Shown: positions 1 to 11,172 of the stretch, piece by piece
How the letters are laid out: each line of letters begins with the position of its first letter
Position numbering within the stretch: the stretch's first letter is position 1
DNA from: Priapulus caudatus
Lineage: Eukaryota
Length of the DNA: 64,000 bases
Direction of reading: 5' to 3'
Assembly (NCBI RefSeq): GCF_000485595.1
Contig: NW_014577072.1
Coordinates: 281,233 to 345,232 of the forward strand
Made by a program: the position numbers and the translations under genes
Notes under the pieces: model-generated
The model's input: only the letters and a program-made list of their open reading frames with translations
Told to the model about the DNA's origin: nothing
The model's database searches: none

Positions 1-24
1 TGTTACATCAATCCTTTAATTGGA

Positions 25-412
25 ATGGATGGATGGATGGTTAGGTGGATGGTTGGATTGATTGATGGATGGCTGGCTGGATGGATGAATGCACGGATTG
101 ACAGACGGACGTTCGGACGGACGGAAGGGCGGAGAAATAGATGGATAGAAAGAAATATAGCTAGCAGGACAGACAGACAGCCGGACGGAGGGGCGTGGGG
201 CCGAACAAGCGGGCTGACGGACAGGCAGCCCGACAATACGCTAGAAAGTATTAAGGATAGAATAGGTGGTAGGTTGTGAGGACGGGTGGTTGATTGGGTG
301 GATTGGTAGGTAGGTAGGTAGGTTGTGGGAGTGGTTGCTAGCTATGTATATAAATAGCTGGGTGGATGGATCAATGAACGTGCGTGTGTGTAGAAAGACA
401 GATGGATAGATG
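25..412. repeat. Degenerate tetranucleotide simple repeats (GGAT/GACA/GGTA)
   Basis: Runs of atggatggatgg, gacagacag and ggtaggtagg. Confidence 0.8.
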
Positions 413-1854
413 GTTTACAATAATTATATACGTTTATTATCCCTTGTTATTTTCCCTCGTGCTGCTTCATCAAGCTAGCGCAGCTTAATGACTGCAGTCA
501 CTTTTCCAGTGCATGACTACTTATCGTTTCAGTGGATGTGTTTCTCATACCTGAGTAAATGGCTTCACCACTTGGTTGTCACAATGGGGTTCAACATACA
601 ATACGGTAATGGGCATCCACGAGAGTTATTATTTTCCCTTGATATTCAATAATTGATATCTTAATGAGCGTGCAACAAAGGCGAATTCGTGCACCTGATA
701 TGGCAGCGTGCAGAGCAATGAAGGCAGCATAAAAACAACAAAGGCAACCACTTAGCCCATTCAAGCCATCCCAACCACCGGCTTTGATCGCATGTTCGTA
801 TCGAAATGCAACAGGATGTGAGCGGAGAGCGTTCAGGAAGTCGCCGGCGTGATTGTTATAGATCTCAGCTTGTGCTGCTCCGCGAACAACGTCGAAATGG
901 ACCGGCTTCGGAAACTGAAGCCCGTTAAGAAGCAATAACTCTGCGGTCATCAAACGACTGACAAGAAAATGGCATTAGTGGGTTTATATGCGCTTTTACG
1001 TTGCGTTTATGTCCCCACATCAGGTGCGTGGCTCGCACAATGCTCGCTGAGGTTGCAACTGCCACTAAAAGAGGTTTCGCCGAGAGAAAAGTCGGCAGTA
1101 ACTTGACTTAAACGTCAGCCATTGAGAAGCGGTGCGTACTGCGCGGGTCCCCTACTCACGCGACGCCTGCGTTATTGTCTTCTTAATTGACCATAGAAAA
1201 TGGAAATGCATAGTCGCGCGCATTTAGCTAGAATGATCACAATACAACGCACGCGGGAAGCTGGCTGCCTATCGATCACCTAAAAGATCGATTTGATTTC
1301 ACTGCATTCAAACTGTTAAAAGGCGCTTGCTATTTCACGACGTCGCTGTAGTCTTGCGCGCGTGTGAGCTAAACATTTTATATTGAGGAGATGTCAATGT
1401 TAGAGCGACAGGCAATGACGCAGTGCGCGGTCACAGAGAGCTAATGGTTTTGGTTACACAAGTTTACCATCTTAGAGGACCTCAGTTATAAAGAATGCCG
1501 CTACGCATCATTTCCATGTAAACGTGATAATTCCGGAAATTGTCCAGGGAAAACAAACTACATAACTCTTTGTCATATCTTATGTCCTATGGAAGTTTTT
1601 AACCGAAACTGCGGCATGGAAAAAAACTCGGCTGGGAAGAAACTTGAAAGACGAGGGCTTTAAGCGCCATCACACCAGCCTTTTACAAACATTGCACACC
1701 GCGTATATTTTGTGTCCTGGATAACACACAATCGTATACCTTGGAAACTTTTCGCTGGTGGCGAATAGTTGAACAATGACTACAGATTTATACATGTGAG
1801 TTGCTATGGTCGTGCATACACGCCGTTAGAGTTCAGGCTTAGACACTGGCACGG

Positions 1855-3365
1855 CAGAGAAATAGGAGAGGAGAGGAGAGAGGAGAGAGGAGAGAGGAGA
1901 GAGGAGAGAAGAGAGAAGAGAAAGAGATAAGAAGATGAAAAGAAAGAGAGAGAGAAGAGAGAGGAGAAGTAGGAAGAGGAAGAGAAGAGAGAGAGACGGA
2001 AGAGAGAGAGGAGAGAGGAGAGAGAAAGGAAGAGAGATGAAGAGATGAGAGAGAAAGAGAGAAAAGAGAGAACAAAGAGAAGAGAGAGAGAGAGAGGAAA
2101 AGAGAGAGGAGAGGATGAGAGAGTAGAGGATAGGAGAGGAGAGGAGAGGAGAGAGAGGAGAGGAAAGGACGAAGGAGAGGCGAGAGAGAAAGAGAGAGAG
2201 GAGAGAAGAGGAGAGAGCAGCGAGAGAGTAGGAGAGGAGAAGGATAGGAGAGGAGAGGAGATAAAAGAGGTAAAGGAGAGTAAAGAGGTAAAGGAGAGGA
2301 ATGAGAGGATAGAAGGATAGGAGAAGAGAGGTAGAAAGACAGGAAGGATAGGAGAGAGAAGAGGAGTAGAGAGGAGAGAAGGAAAGAAGAAAGGAGAGGA
2401 GAGGAGAGGAGAAAAAAGGAGAGAAGAGAGGAGAGAAGAGAGAAGAAGGAGAGGAGGAGAGAGGAGAGGAGAGGAGAGGAGAGGGAGAGGAGAGGGAGGA
2501 GAGGAGAAAGAGAAAGAGAAGGGGAGAAAGAGAAGAGAACGAGAGAGAGAGAGATTCGGAGAGAGAGAAAAGAGAAGGAGCAGGAGACGGAGCAGAGAGC
2601 AGAGGACGAGAGGAGAGGAGAGTGAATGGAAAGAAGAGAGGAGAGAAAGAGGAGAGGAGAGGAGAGGAGAGGAGTAGATCAGAGCGAGAGCTGGAGGAAG
2701 TTGAGTGAGTGGAGAGGAAAGGAAGAGAGGAGAGGAGAGGAGAGGAGATGAGTGATGGATAAGATGGAGCATGAAGGAGAAAGGAGAGGAATAAATAGAT
2801 AGGAGTAGGAAGGAGAGGAAGAGGGAGACGGCGAGAGATCGGAGGAGAGGGAAGAGAGATGGAAGAGGAACGAGACAACGAGACGAGACGAGACGAGACG
2901 AACAAGACGAGACGAGACGAGAAGAACAGAACGAGAACAGCAAACGATACAAGATCGAGACGAGTACAACGGAGAGATCGAGATCGGGTAGGGACCGGGG
3001 AACGGAGATCGCAGATCGGTAACGTAACGCTAACTGTAGTGACGAACGAGAGGAAGGAGAGGAGGAAGGAAGGAGAGCGCTGTGTTTAGGCAGTATTGAG
3101 AGGAAGAGGAGAGGAGAGAAGAGAGGAGAGAGAGGAAGAAGTGAAGGCGGGAGAGAGAGAAGAGGAGGGAGTAGAAGAAACGGGAAATAGAAAAAGAGAC
3201 GAACGAGGAAGGAGAGGAGAAGGATGAGAAAGATAGTAGGTAGCGAACAGTGGAAGATAAAGGGGAGCAAGCAGAGGTAGAGGGCGATGAGAAGAAGAGG
3301 CGAGAAGGAGAGGAGAGAAGAGAGATAGGAGAGAAGAGAGAAGGAGAGAGAGAGAAGAGGAAGAG
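1855..3365. repeat. About 1.5 kb irregular GA-rich polypurine tract
   Basis: Almost only G and A on the + strand (gagag, gagga, agacg units). It produces the Leu/Ser and Glu/Arg pseudo-ORFs. Confidence 0.95.
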
Positions 3366-3443
3366 CAAATTGGAGGCGGATGAACAGTTCTACGATACAG
3401 TTATATAATAAATCTGCTATTCATATTATTAATATAATTGTTG

Positions 3444-3489
<46 letters not shown>
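3444..3489. repeat. (TAT)n microsatellite
   Basis: Direct read. Confidence 0.95.
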
Positions 3490-4667
3490 CAACATTATCA
3501 TCATAGTCACTATCATCATCAAGCACCAAGCTACATAAAAAAGTAACAACAAGCGATTTAAATATTGATTAACAATATATTTTCCAAGTGACTTACAATG
3601 AATTGGTAACAAAGCTGACATGGCATAAATATTATGATTTATATATTAAACCAGAAAAACGACAAGGAAATATACAATGGTCATGTGCAACACCAGTACA
3701 TAAATATCGTGTATACAACATCGGCATAGTGGATCCGCGATATAAGTAATTAACCTCACAAACAACTAAGCATTATATCTTCATGAATATATCTATACAC
3801 ATAAAAACGACTGGCGTGTGAACTCGGTCCAGCAATATTATGATCGTGAGACGTAATCTATTAATTATTATATGAGAACATACAATGCAACACGGCGGTC
3901 GCTTCAAACAAGAGTTGACAGTATCCACCTTCACGTATGTGAACGATATATTAATGTTCATCTGACATAATAACAGTGGCAAACCAGATTCATATGATTG
4001 CAAACAATTTCCATGCGTAAAATGGTATGCAAACTGATTTCTATATGACCTATATATCAATACTGAATAATAAACAAAACTATCGCTATTAAATTCTGAC
4101 GCGTCTGTCACGAGAATTACAAGGTCATATTGTTGAACACAACAACCTGGTCCAACACAATACATACAACTACAGTATACAGGACCTTGAATGCTATTGT
4201 TACGAATATAAGACTATATAACCGATATAACCTATATAATGAAGGAACAGAATGACAGAATGACGTGCGTAGCCAATGAACGAAATGCGGTGATTATGAT
4301 AGACTAGACCTTTTACCAACTGGACAACTGATAAAACTGTGATGATGTGTGCTCTCCTTCCTAAAAAAGGTACGACGAGATATTAATATTCGTTGCGTGT
4401 AAAAGGCCATTTTTTCACCGAAGTAGATTTTTTTAAACCACAGTAAACGAAATGTGGCAAATGCTCTGAGACAAACAGAGGGGATGAAGTTAAAAAGGGA
4501 GCTAACTGCACGTATGTGTGAGGTTTGGCAATCACCTCGATCTCGATTACGCTACTTAACATTATAGTGTAGACTTCGCCCTGAAAAACCCCCTCGCCCC
4601 AAAACATGGTACATAATCAGGATCGATTAGTGAAATGCCGTCAAACAAGTAAACATTCACGCGTATA

Positions 4668-4730
4668 TACACACACACGCACGCACGCACGCACGCACGC
4701 ACGCACACAAACACACACACGCACACGCAC
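4668..4730. repeat. (CA)n/(CACG)n compound microsatellite in the presumed 3' UTR
   Basis: Direct read; about 150 nt past the stop codon. Confidence 0.9.
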
Positions 4731-4884
4731 ATCGTTCATTGGTGGGTGCAATAGGTGCACTGCATTCACATAATGATAATCTTATTTTTTCCTGACAAAA
4801 TATACTAAAATGAAGCATGTGCAGCTATCGGGTATTAAAAGTCGCGCTCAATTCCACTGAATAGCGTTTTGCCCACTGGCATTG

Positions 4885-6978
4885 TTATGCACTAACTTCC
4901 TTATTGGCAATTCCATTCTGTATGCTGTCAGTACCATTCCTCAGCTTGGAGGCAACGCCATCGTAGAATTGGTATGGCTTACACAGATCATTATGCATGT
5001 CTCGCAGATGGACATATAGCTTTGCTGTTGAGGCGAACTCTTTCTGGCAGATAGTGCAAGCTGTTGCCTTGCCAACGAGTTCGTAAATTGACCCACAACC
5101 CTTCAGCTGTTGTAGGCGAGGCTTCTCGGTGGAGTGGTTGTTGCTGTGGCTGAGCGGTTCTGTTGCTGCATTGCTGTCCGGGACTGCCTTGCCAATAGGA
5201 CTGGGACGCAGTTCTACTGATCCTGTTAGTAACGAGTGATCATCATCTCTGCGGTCAGGTAGCAACGGCTGGTTCGTGGATTTTTCATCGCTCTCATCAG
5301 TTCGAGATCGTTTTGCAGCTCGTCCCACTTCTTCATCCTCGTTATTCGAGTTAGTGTCGACTGACATCGTCTCGGTATCTCTCTCGGGACTAGACATGCG
5401 GTTAATTAAGGCTTTCTTCTCGATCTGGTCAGTGAGTGAGAAGTTTGTGTCGAGATTACTGTGTGCCTCCTGGTCCTTCTCCGTCACCTTGCCGATGAAG
5501 TTGCGAATTTCCGTGAAATAGCTCTCGTCTTTCTCGTCGAGGTTTGAGTCGGGCGAGGTGCCTGCGAAATCCGAACCCTCCGTCTCGTGCTTCTTCAGAT
5601 GCCGGTCAAGATTCGTCTGCTGGCCAAAGCAGCGATCACACAGCGGACACTTGAACGGCTTCTCCTTGTTGTGGATGTTCCTGACGTGGCGCTGTAGATT
5701 GGAGGAGATGCTGAACGATCGCTCGCAGTACTTGCACTTGTAGGGCTGCTCCCCCGTGTGAGTGCGCAGGTGACGAGTGAGGTTAGCTGACCGCGGGAAA
5801 ATCTTGCCGCAATACTTGCAGGCGTAACGCTCCTTCTGCTTAGCGCCATTTATGGCATAGGGCGGAAACTGCATGGGCCTTTCAGGAAAACGCATCGCAT
5901 CTGACATCATCGGTGGTCTGTTAATCTCAAACTGTTTGCGCAGCATCTCCAAGTTGATGTTGTTGATGTTCATCAGTGCCGGGTTGGGAAAAGGGAACCG
6001 CGGTGCAAACGGGAACCTGCCCGGGAACTGAAGTCCAGCCAGACCACCAGGGGACAGACTGGGAATGGACATGCTGGGTGCGACCGTCTGGCTGCTCTCC
6101 GGCCTCAGAAACTGTTCGACCGATGAGCGAGCTGCCGGAGGCTGCGGAGGAGGAGCGACCGGCTTCACAGGGAGTGCCTCCTCTACGTTCAAATGCTTGC
6201 TCCCAAAGATGTGCGTCTTGTGTTGCTCCTGAGAGAAGGACGGCTTCTTCACACTCAGATCAAGGGGAGATTCCTCAGATTCCGGTGGGCTGCCCCCGTC
6301 TCTCCTGTGCGGTGACAAGCGACCATTGCCAGAATGAGGCGTGGATGTAATGCTCGCCCAGGCAGATCGTTTCTGTAGCAGGGCCTGCGTTAGCAGCGGT
6401 GCGGGCATCATGTCGTCGACCCTCCTTTCCCGCGGCTCAATCTCGCTATCGCCATCAGATCCCTCGCTGGTGACTACACTGCTGCCACCTGGAGAGCTCA
6501 GATATGACAGCTCGCTGACGTCAGATCCATCGCTTCCTTGCCGCTCCTGTTTCATGACCTTCAGTTGCTGACTGCTTCGCTCATCCTCGCTTCCTGGGCT
6601 AAGGGTAGACGTTGCTGGCTTGATAAACTGCGGTGGTGAGGCCAACGGTGATGGGAAATGTAGCATGTGAGGTGGCATGAACGGATAACCCATTGGGAAC
6701 AGGGGAAAGTTTGGACGGATCCCATAAAGATTAGGGTAGGGATGTGATGTAGAGGGTGGCCCACCAATCGGAGACTTCTCAGACGATGGAACGCCGGGGA
6801 AGTATGGCGGAAGTCCATGGCGCAGCGCCCCCTCACAGAAGCGCTTGTGCTTGCTAAGCGACGTCACCGTGGAGAAGGACTGGCCGCAGTCTTTGCACTT
6901 GATGCGGGTGCGGCAGTCAGCATGCATGCGCTTGTGACGACAGAGATTGGAGAACTGTGTGTATGCCTTCAGACACAC
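4885..6978 (-). CDS. PRDM3/16: PRDM3/16 terminal coding exon 7 (ZF6-7, Pro-rich region, PLDLS, ZF8-10, acidic tract, extra ZF, TAA stop)
   Basis: Acceptor tttgtcttttag, then [35 protein letters not shown]... and [84 protein letters not shown]. These are diagnostic EVI1/PRDM16/Hamlet fingers. The first codon GTG is Val, not a start. Confidence 0.97.
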   Translation of the reverse strand: MCLKAYTQFSNLCRHKRMHADCRTRIKCKDCGQSFSTVTSLSKHKRFCEGALRHGLPPYFPGVPSSEKSPIGGPPSTSHPYPNLYGIRPNFPLFPMGYPFMPPHMLHFPSPLASPPQFIKPATSTLSPGSEDERSSQQLKVMKQERQGSDGSDVSELSYLSSPGGSSVVTSEGSDGDSEIEPRERRVDDMMPAPLLTQALLQKRSAWASITSTPHSGNGRLSPHRRDGGSPPESEESPLDLSVKKPSFSQEQHKTHIFGSKHLNVEEALPVKPVAPPPQPPAARSSVEQFLRPESSQTVAPSMSIPSLSPGGLAGLQFPGRFPFAPRFPFPNPALMNINNINLEMLRKQFEINRPPMMSDAMRFPERPMQFPPYAINGAKQKERYACKYCGKIFPRSANLTRHLRTHTGEQPYKCKYCERSFSISSNLQRHVRNIHNKEKPFKCPLCDRCFGQQTNLDRHLKKHETEGSDFAGTSPDSNLDEKDESYFTEIRNFIGKVTEKDQEAHSNLDTNFSLTDQIEKKALINRMSSPERDTETMSVDTNSNNEDEEVGRAAKRSRTDESDEKSTNQPLLPDRRDDDHSLLTGSVELRPSPIGKAVPDSNAATEPLSHSNNHSTEKPRLQQLKGCGSIYELVGKATACTICQKEFASTAKLYVHLRDMHNDLCKPYQFYDGVASKLRNGTDSIQNGIANKEVSA
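6253..6267 (-). other. PLDLS CtBP-binding motif (coding)
   Basis: CCC CTT GAT CTG AGT lies between the two finger clusters, as in EVI1/PRDM16. Confidence 0.9.
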
Positions 6979-7270
6979 CTAAAAGACAAAACAAGAAAAA
7001 ATTTAGTAAGCATGTTGCAAGCGTTACTGTTAATGATCGCTGCCAGCTAGTCAACGTAAGCATTTCAAATGCCAATAAATTGGAAGGCCTAATAATCAAG
7101 CTCCCTGCTAACATGCATCTTCAGTTAATACAGTTTTGAACTGCAGGTCATTTGTCCCAAAATGAGGAAGGAGACCTCGCTAACATGTAGGGACGTTTTT
7201 CAGAGCAGGATGACTAACTGAATGCACGCAATCAGGTCTGACAAGAGTAGAAGCCTGCAGAGTCACATAC

Positions 7271-7429
7271 CTCACACTGGAAAGGTTTCACGCTGCTGTG
7301 TATGTGAGTGTGTTGCTTCAGTCCACTGGACGTGGCAAACGCCTTGCCACATTCCAGACATGTATGCGAGCGCGCTCCCACATGCTGCGTGCGGATGTGC
7401 CTCTGCAGATTACTAGCGTCAGTGAATAC
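7271..7429 (-). CDS. PRDM3/16: PRDM3/16 coding exon 6 (ZF4, ZF5, start of ZF6); absent from the ORF track
   Basis: Acceptor tactcttgtag; [53 protein letters not shown]; donor GAG|gtatgt; 159 nt, phase 0-0. Closely matches EVI1 ZF4-5. Confidence 0.97.
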
Positions 7430-7802
7430 CTACAAGAGTAGATAAATATTGCAACCATTAAAATTTCTGTGAATTTCTAGATATTTGAAGGTATTTCAAG
7501 GAATGACAAGCAATGCAAACATGTTTATTATGTTGTATATGGCCAAGTACATCAAACGCAAGACCCCATAGCTATGAAATCCACGTATATATTTATTTCT
7601 AGAACTATATATATATGTATATTGGAATGACATATAGCATTTATTAATTAATTGTCTAGAATAGATGAATTTGAACAAGGGTTCGATTAAGTAACCAGTT
7701 AAACTTGACGTTATTCGATGTTACCGAATCTTTCGACAAGCTACTGGTCAACAATAACTGTACCATCGAATCGGAAGTAGAATCACAGGAAAGGCAACCT
7801 GC

Positions 7803-7950
7803 CTTGTCACAGTTCTCGCAGGCGAAACCTTGAGACTCCATGTGTGACCCCTGGTGACGGATGAAGTTTGACTTCCAGTTGAAGGACCGTGAGCATATGT
7901 CGCACTCGTACTCGCGCTCGCTACTGTGGGCTTTCATGTGTTCCTCATAC
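7803..7950 (-). CDS. PRDM3/16: PRDM3/16 coding exon 5 (end of ZF2, ZF3, start of ZF4); ends at a GC donor
   Basis: Acceptor tttggtgcag; (R)YEEHMKAHSSEREYECDICSRSFNWKSNFIRHQGSHMESQGFACENCDK; 148 nt, phase 2-0. The frame continues only with the donor AAG|gcaggt. Confidence 0.92.
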
Positions 7951-8147
7951 CTGCACCAAACAGTAACACACTGATAGATACTAATACGTAGTGCTTCACA
8001 GCAACTATTTCACCTGCGGAATTTCATTGCTGTTCGAATGATATCGGTTGTCGTCGCCAGAAATAAAGCAAATGCGCGACATGCAACACTCGTGCTTAAA
8101 CGTATACAGGTCAAGTATGAATTATAGAATCATATATGCCTTCTTAC

Positions 8148-8349
8148 CTTTCCTCATCAGGAAAATCCACCTCACAGTCCATGCACTGGAACTCGGGCTG
8201 GCAATCACCACTATCCATCTGACTGGGGTGCGACTCTCTTCTGCTGTGGTAGATGGCATCATTGTTGTCGCAGTCATACGCTTCATGCTTGCGCAGGGCC
8301 ACCTTTGAGCAGAAAATCTCGCCACATGCGCACTGGTACGTATTGTCGT
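8148..8349 (-). CDS. PRDM3/16: PRDM3/16 coding exon 4 (ZF1 and first half of ZF2)
   Basis: Acceptor ttttttatcttgcag; encodes (D)DNTYQCACGEIFCSKVALRKHEAYDC...PEFQCMDCEVDFPDEE; donor AG|gtaaga; 202 nt, phase 1-2. The reading frame differs from the ORF-track call 8122..8370. Confidence 0.92.
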
Positions 8350-9491
8350 CTGCAAGATAAAAAAAAACAATGTCTATAATAGTGACTGCGAGCGGTGCTT
8401 AGATCGCGGTCGCTATAACAAAAAGCCATAAGTCACGGTCGCAGGTGTTCTAAATGCAAATCACGCGACAGATGTCGCGTTACTAGAATTCGCCGCCGAG
8501 CAGTTGTCGCCTAATGTCCCCGTGGTCAGTTCATGTACGCATTTAACGGAGCGTCACCCGAGTTCCTTCACCTGGGCAAGTTATAGGTGCTTCGGAAACT
8601 GTTCTTCTGGAGCATGACAGCAATATTGTTCGATAATTGCATTGTAACGCAAATTCATGGAAATGTTGGTAGAATATGTTTTTTCTCCAAATCTGAGCAC
8701 CGACAATGTAAGCTCGCTGCGATAACAGCCCTGGAGAACTGAAACGCATACGTTTTATCTTGCTCACCACCTCAGGCACTATTTCGTCCTTTATCTGGGC
8801 CATTATTCATGTCATTATATCGTGTCCCTCAACCGTACACGTTGTTAAAACAGGACTATAAACATAACTACGCTGGCTAGCATACAATAGATTATTGCAT
8901 ACCCACATATACTGCCTGCGCACGTTGTTGTGGGCATCTATCAGGGCGACAGGGACACGAGTGCCCAAACGAATAGTGTTAACTAATAATAGCAGATCCG
9001 TAGTCTCTTTAAATGCGGCATATCTTCAAAGGCATCTCTTTCGCACTCGGGATTTAAGATGATTTAAAATACTAGCTGTTCCAGATCACGATCACCATAC
9101 GGTAGGATAGGCAAGGAGCCTAGCTACTGCCCCTACCAGCCTCCACCAGTGCCTCAGGAGTCTCCACCAGCCTCCGCCAGCCATCAGTTGAAAAGATTAA
9201 CCCAAAAAAACTTACACCTCTCGACGAGCCGTATGATATATGCTGACCGTGCGGGCCACATTCGTATCGGATGTGTACCCCTTCATCTTTGAAGTGCTAA
9301 TCAGGACAGCGTTTAATTTAAAAAGAAGGAATCTCTGTAGTTCTTGTTAGGGGGTATTTTCGCACAAAGGCTGCACGCAACCCCATAAAAATGTCTAATA
9401 ATGCCAATTGGTTTAAGCGCGAATTAGGTTGAATTCTACAAGCTGTCAATGTGTTTACAAAGAAGAAAAAATAATCATATGATGCCCCTAC

Positions 9492-9600
9492 CTTCATCTA
9501 CGGGTAGGTTCTCCAGCTCACTCCCTGGGTAGACAGCATCTCTCTCGTACAGCAACATCTCTTCGCCAGCTTCTATGTCCTTTATTGCTTTGTAATAGAC
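9492..9600 (-). CDS. PRDM3/16: PRDM3/16 coding exon 3 (end of the PR domain); absent from the ORF track
   Basis: Acceptor tctcttacag, then VYYKAIKDIEAGEEMLLYERDAVYPGSELENLPVDE, donor G|gtaggg; 109 nt, phase 0-1. Matches the IYYK.IKDIEPGEELL motif of PRDM3/16. Confidence 0.95.
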
Positions 9601-11067
9601 CTGTAAGAGAGGCGCATAAAATGAGTCACTGCTAACGTCAAGTTATCAAGCCTCTATGAATAGTACAGATATCCTTTAAACTGCTATAAAAAATACGGAT
9701 GTCCGTGCATTAGGTTTCCGCTAACACGTTTAACAAACTCAACAATGAACACTATTGCAATCTTCCACGTTCTAAGCCACAAACGCTATAAAGATCAACG
9801 CTAAAGCAAAAAATATCGCCTCCCAAGTGCATGTGCCTAGCAGACTGGCAAATTCAGCAGCCAGCAGCCGACAGTCAAGACAAAATCAGCTATTCACCAA
9901 ATCATATGCCGACATATCACAGACCATTTGAAAGAATGATAAAGCCCGGTGACAGGCCGCCAGGTGCTCCACCGTGTCACTGACATACAAGCAAGAACAC
10001 GGTGACACGGAATCTGTCACCAAATTTCACGGCCACTTTCACCGGGTTGACACTAATGGCAAAGCCGATGTGTCGATAATAACCCATGCACTCGGCAGGA
10101 ACCAATCGCAAGCTGTGGAAGATAATAACACTGGCCACTCAGATTGGTTCCTGTATTGCCTTACTCATTCTTTTCCCCTTCAAGACCCTTCTCGATAACA
10201 CCTGTCAACTCTCAGAATAGTCAACGATGGCGAAACAAGAATATCGACAGCGTTTTAAGATGGCCAACAGCCTGCTTACATAATACAGGTCACCGAATGT
10301 GACCTACGTGGCTTCTTATAACGCACACACACACATGCGTATTGAGAATCGAAAAGCGCCCCACTCTCTAAACAGTAGGTTTCGTCGTCCTAGAAGTCAA
10401 ACACGGATTGATCTTTCTTATTTCTAAGGTGACAATGCAAACTCGCGCATTAAGCACTACCTTTACGCTCTCGTCAAGGGCCAGCGCCTAGCATTCCTGA
10501 CCAATCCCTTGCCATCACCTTAGAGGCACATCATTTAACAAACCCGAGCGAATAGTTTGTGTACACTGCGCTACGTATATCGCCAGGTAATGGTGACAAA
10601 GCCACGTAGTGAACTGTTGACATTTAGGATCGTTGGAAAGAGAGGTCGCACCTCAACACAGGTGGCACCTCCTCTGTGCGGTTGTTCACCTGACCAGTTC
10701 CAGTGTAAATGCACATAAAATGCAAATTCCCCCTCTGCCCAGGACCTGTCCACAAGAAATCACCTCTAACGACAGCATATTTTGTTCAGACGGAAAGTCG
10801 TTACCAAACACACATGACCGTAGAATCTGAGGGACATAAACATCACGACCATTGATCTCTAAACCCGTTAACTTAGTTACAGATGAATTAGCTTTGCTTG
10901 ACTCTTTAGCATCAATTCACGGTATGCCCAGTGTTCTTAAAAATTCAGCATCTCATTTATCCAGTGTAGGGCATTAACCCAGCAACGAAATCACCTTCAA
11001 AAGATAGGGAAACAGTCGCCCTGTGGGGACTAAAAAACTGTGAAAGCGATACTATGAGATTGGGTGT

Positions 11068-11070
<3 letters not shown>

Positions 11071-11166
<96 letters not shown>

Positions 11167-11172
11167 AGAGAG
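11071..11172. repeat. (AG)n microsatellite
   Basis: Direct read. Confidence 0.97.

Noticed and set aside
1804..3368. Long ORFs of 488 and 359 aa (Leu/Ser-rich) and Glu/Arg-rich ORFs
   Set aside because: They are translations of a GA/TC low-complexity tract that lacks stops because of its composition.
5276..7416. Plus-strand and alternate-frame ORFs overlapping exons 6-7
   Set aside because: They are antisense or frame shadows of the real coding sequence.
7656..7802. Read-through extension of exon 5 (AGCLSCDST...)
   Set aside because: It would break ZF4; homology places the junction right after CENCDK.
8122..8370. ORF-track peptide MFFFILQTT...
   Set aside because: Wrong frame; the true exon 8349-8148 encodes zinc fingers in another frame.
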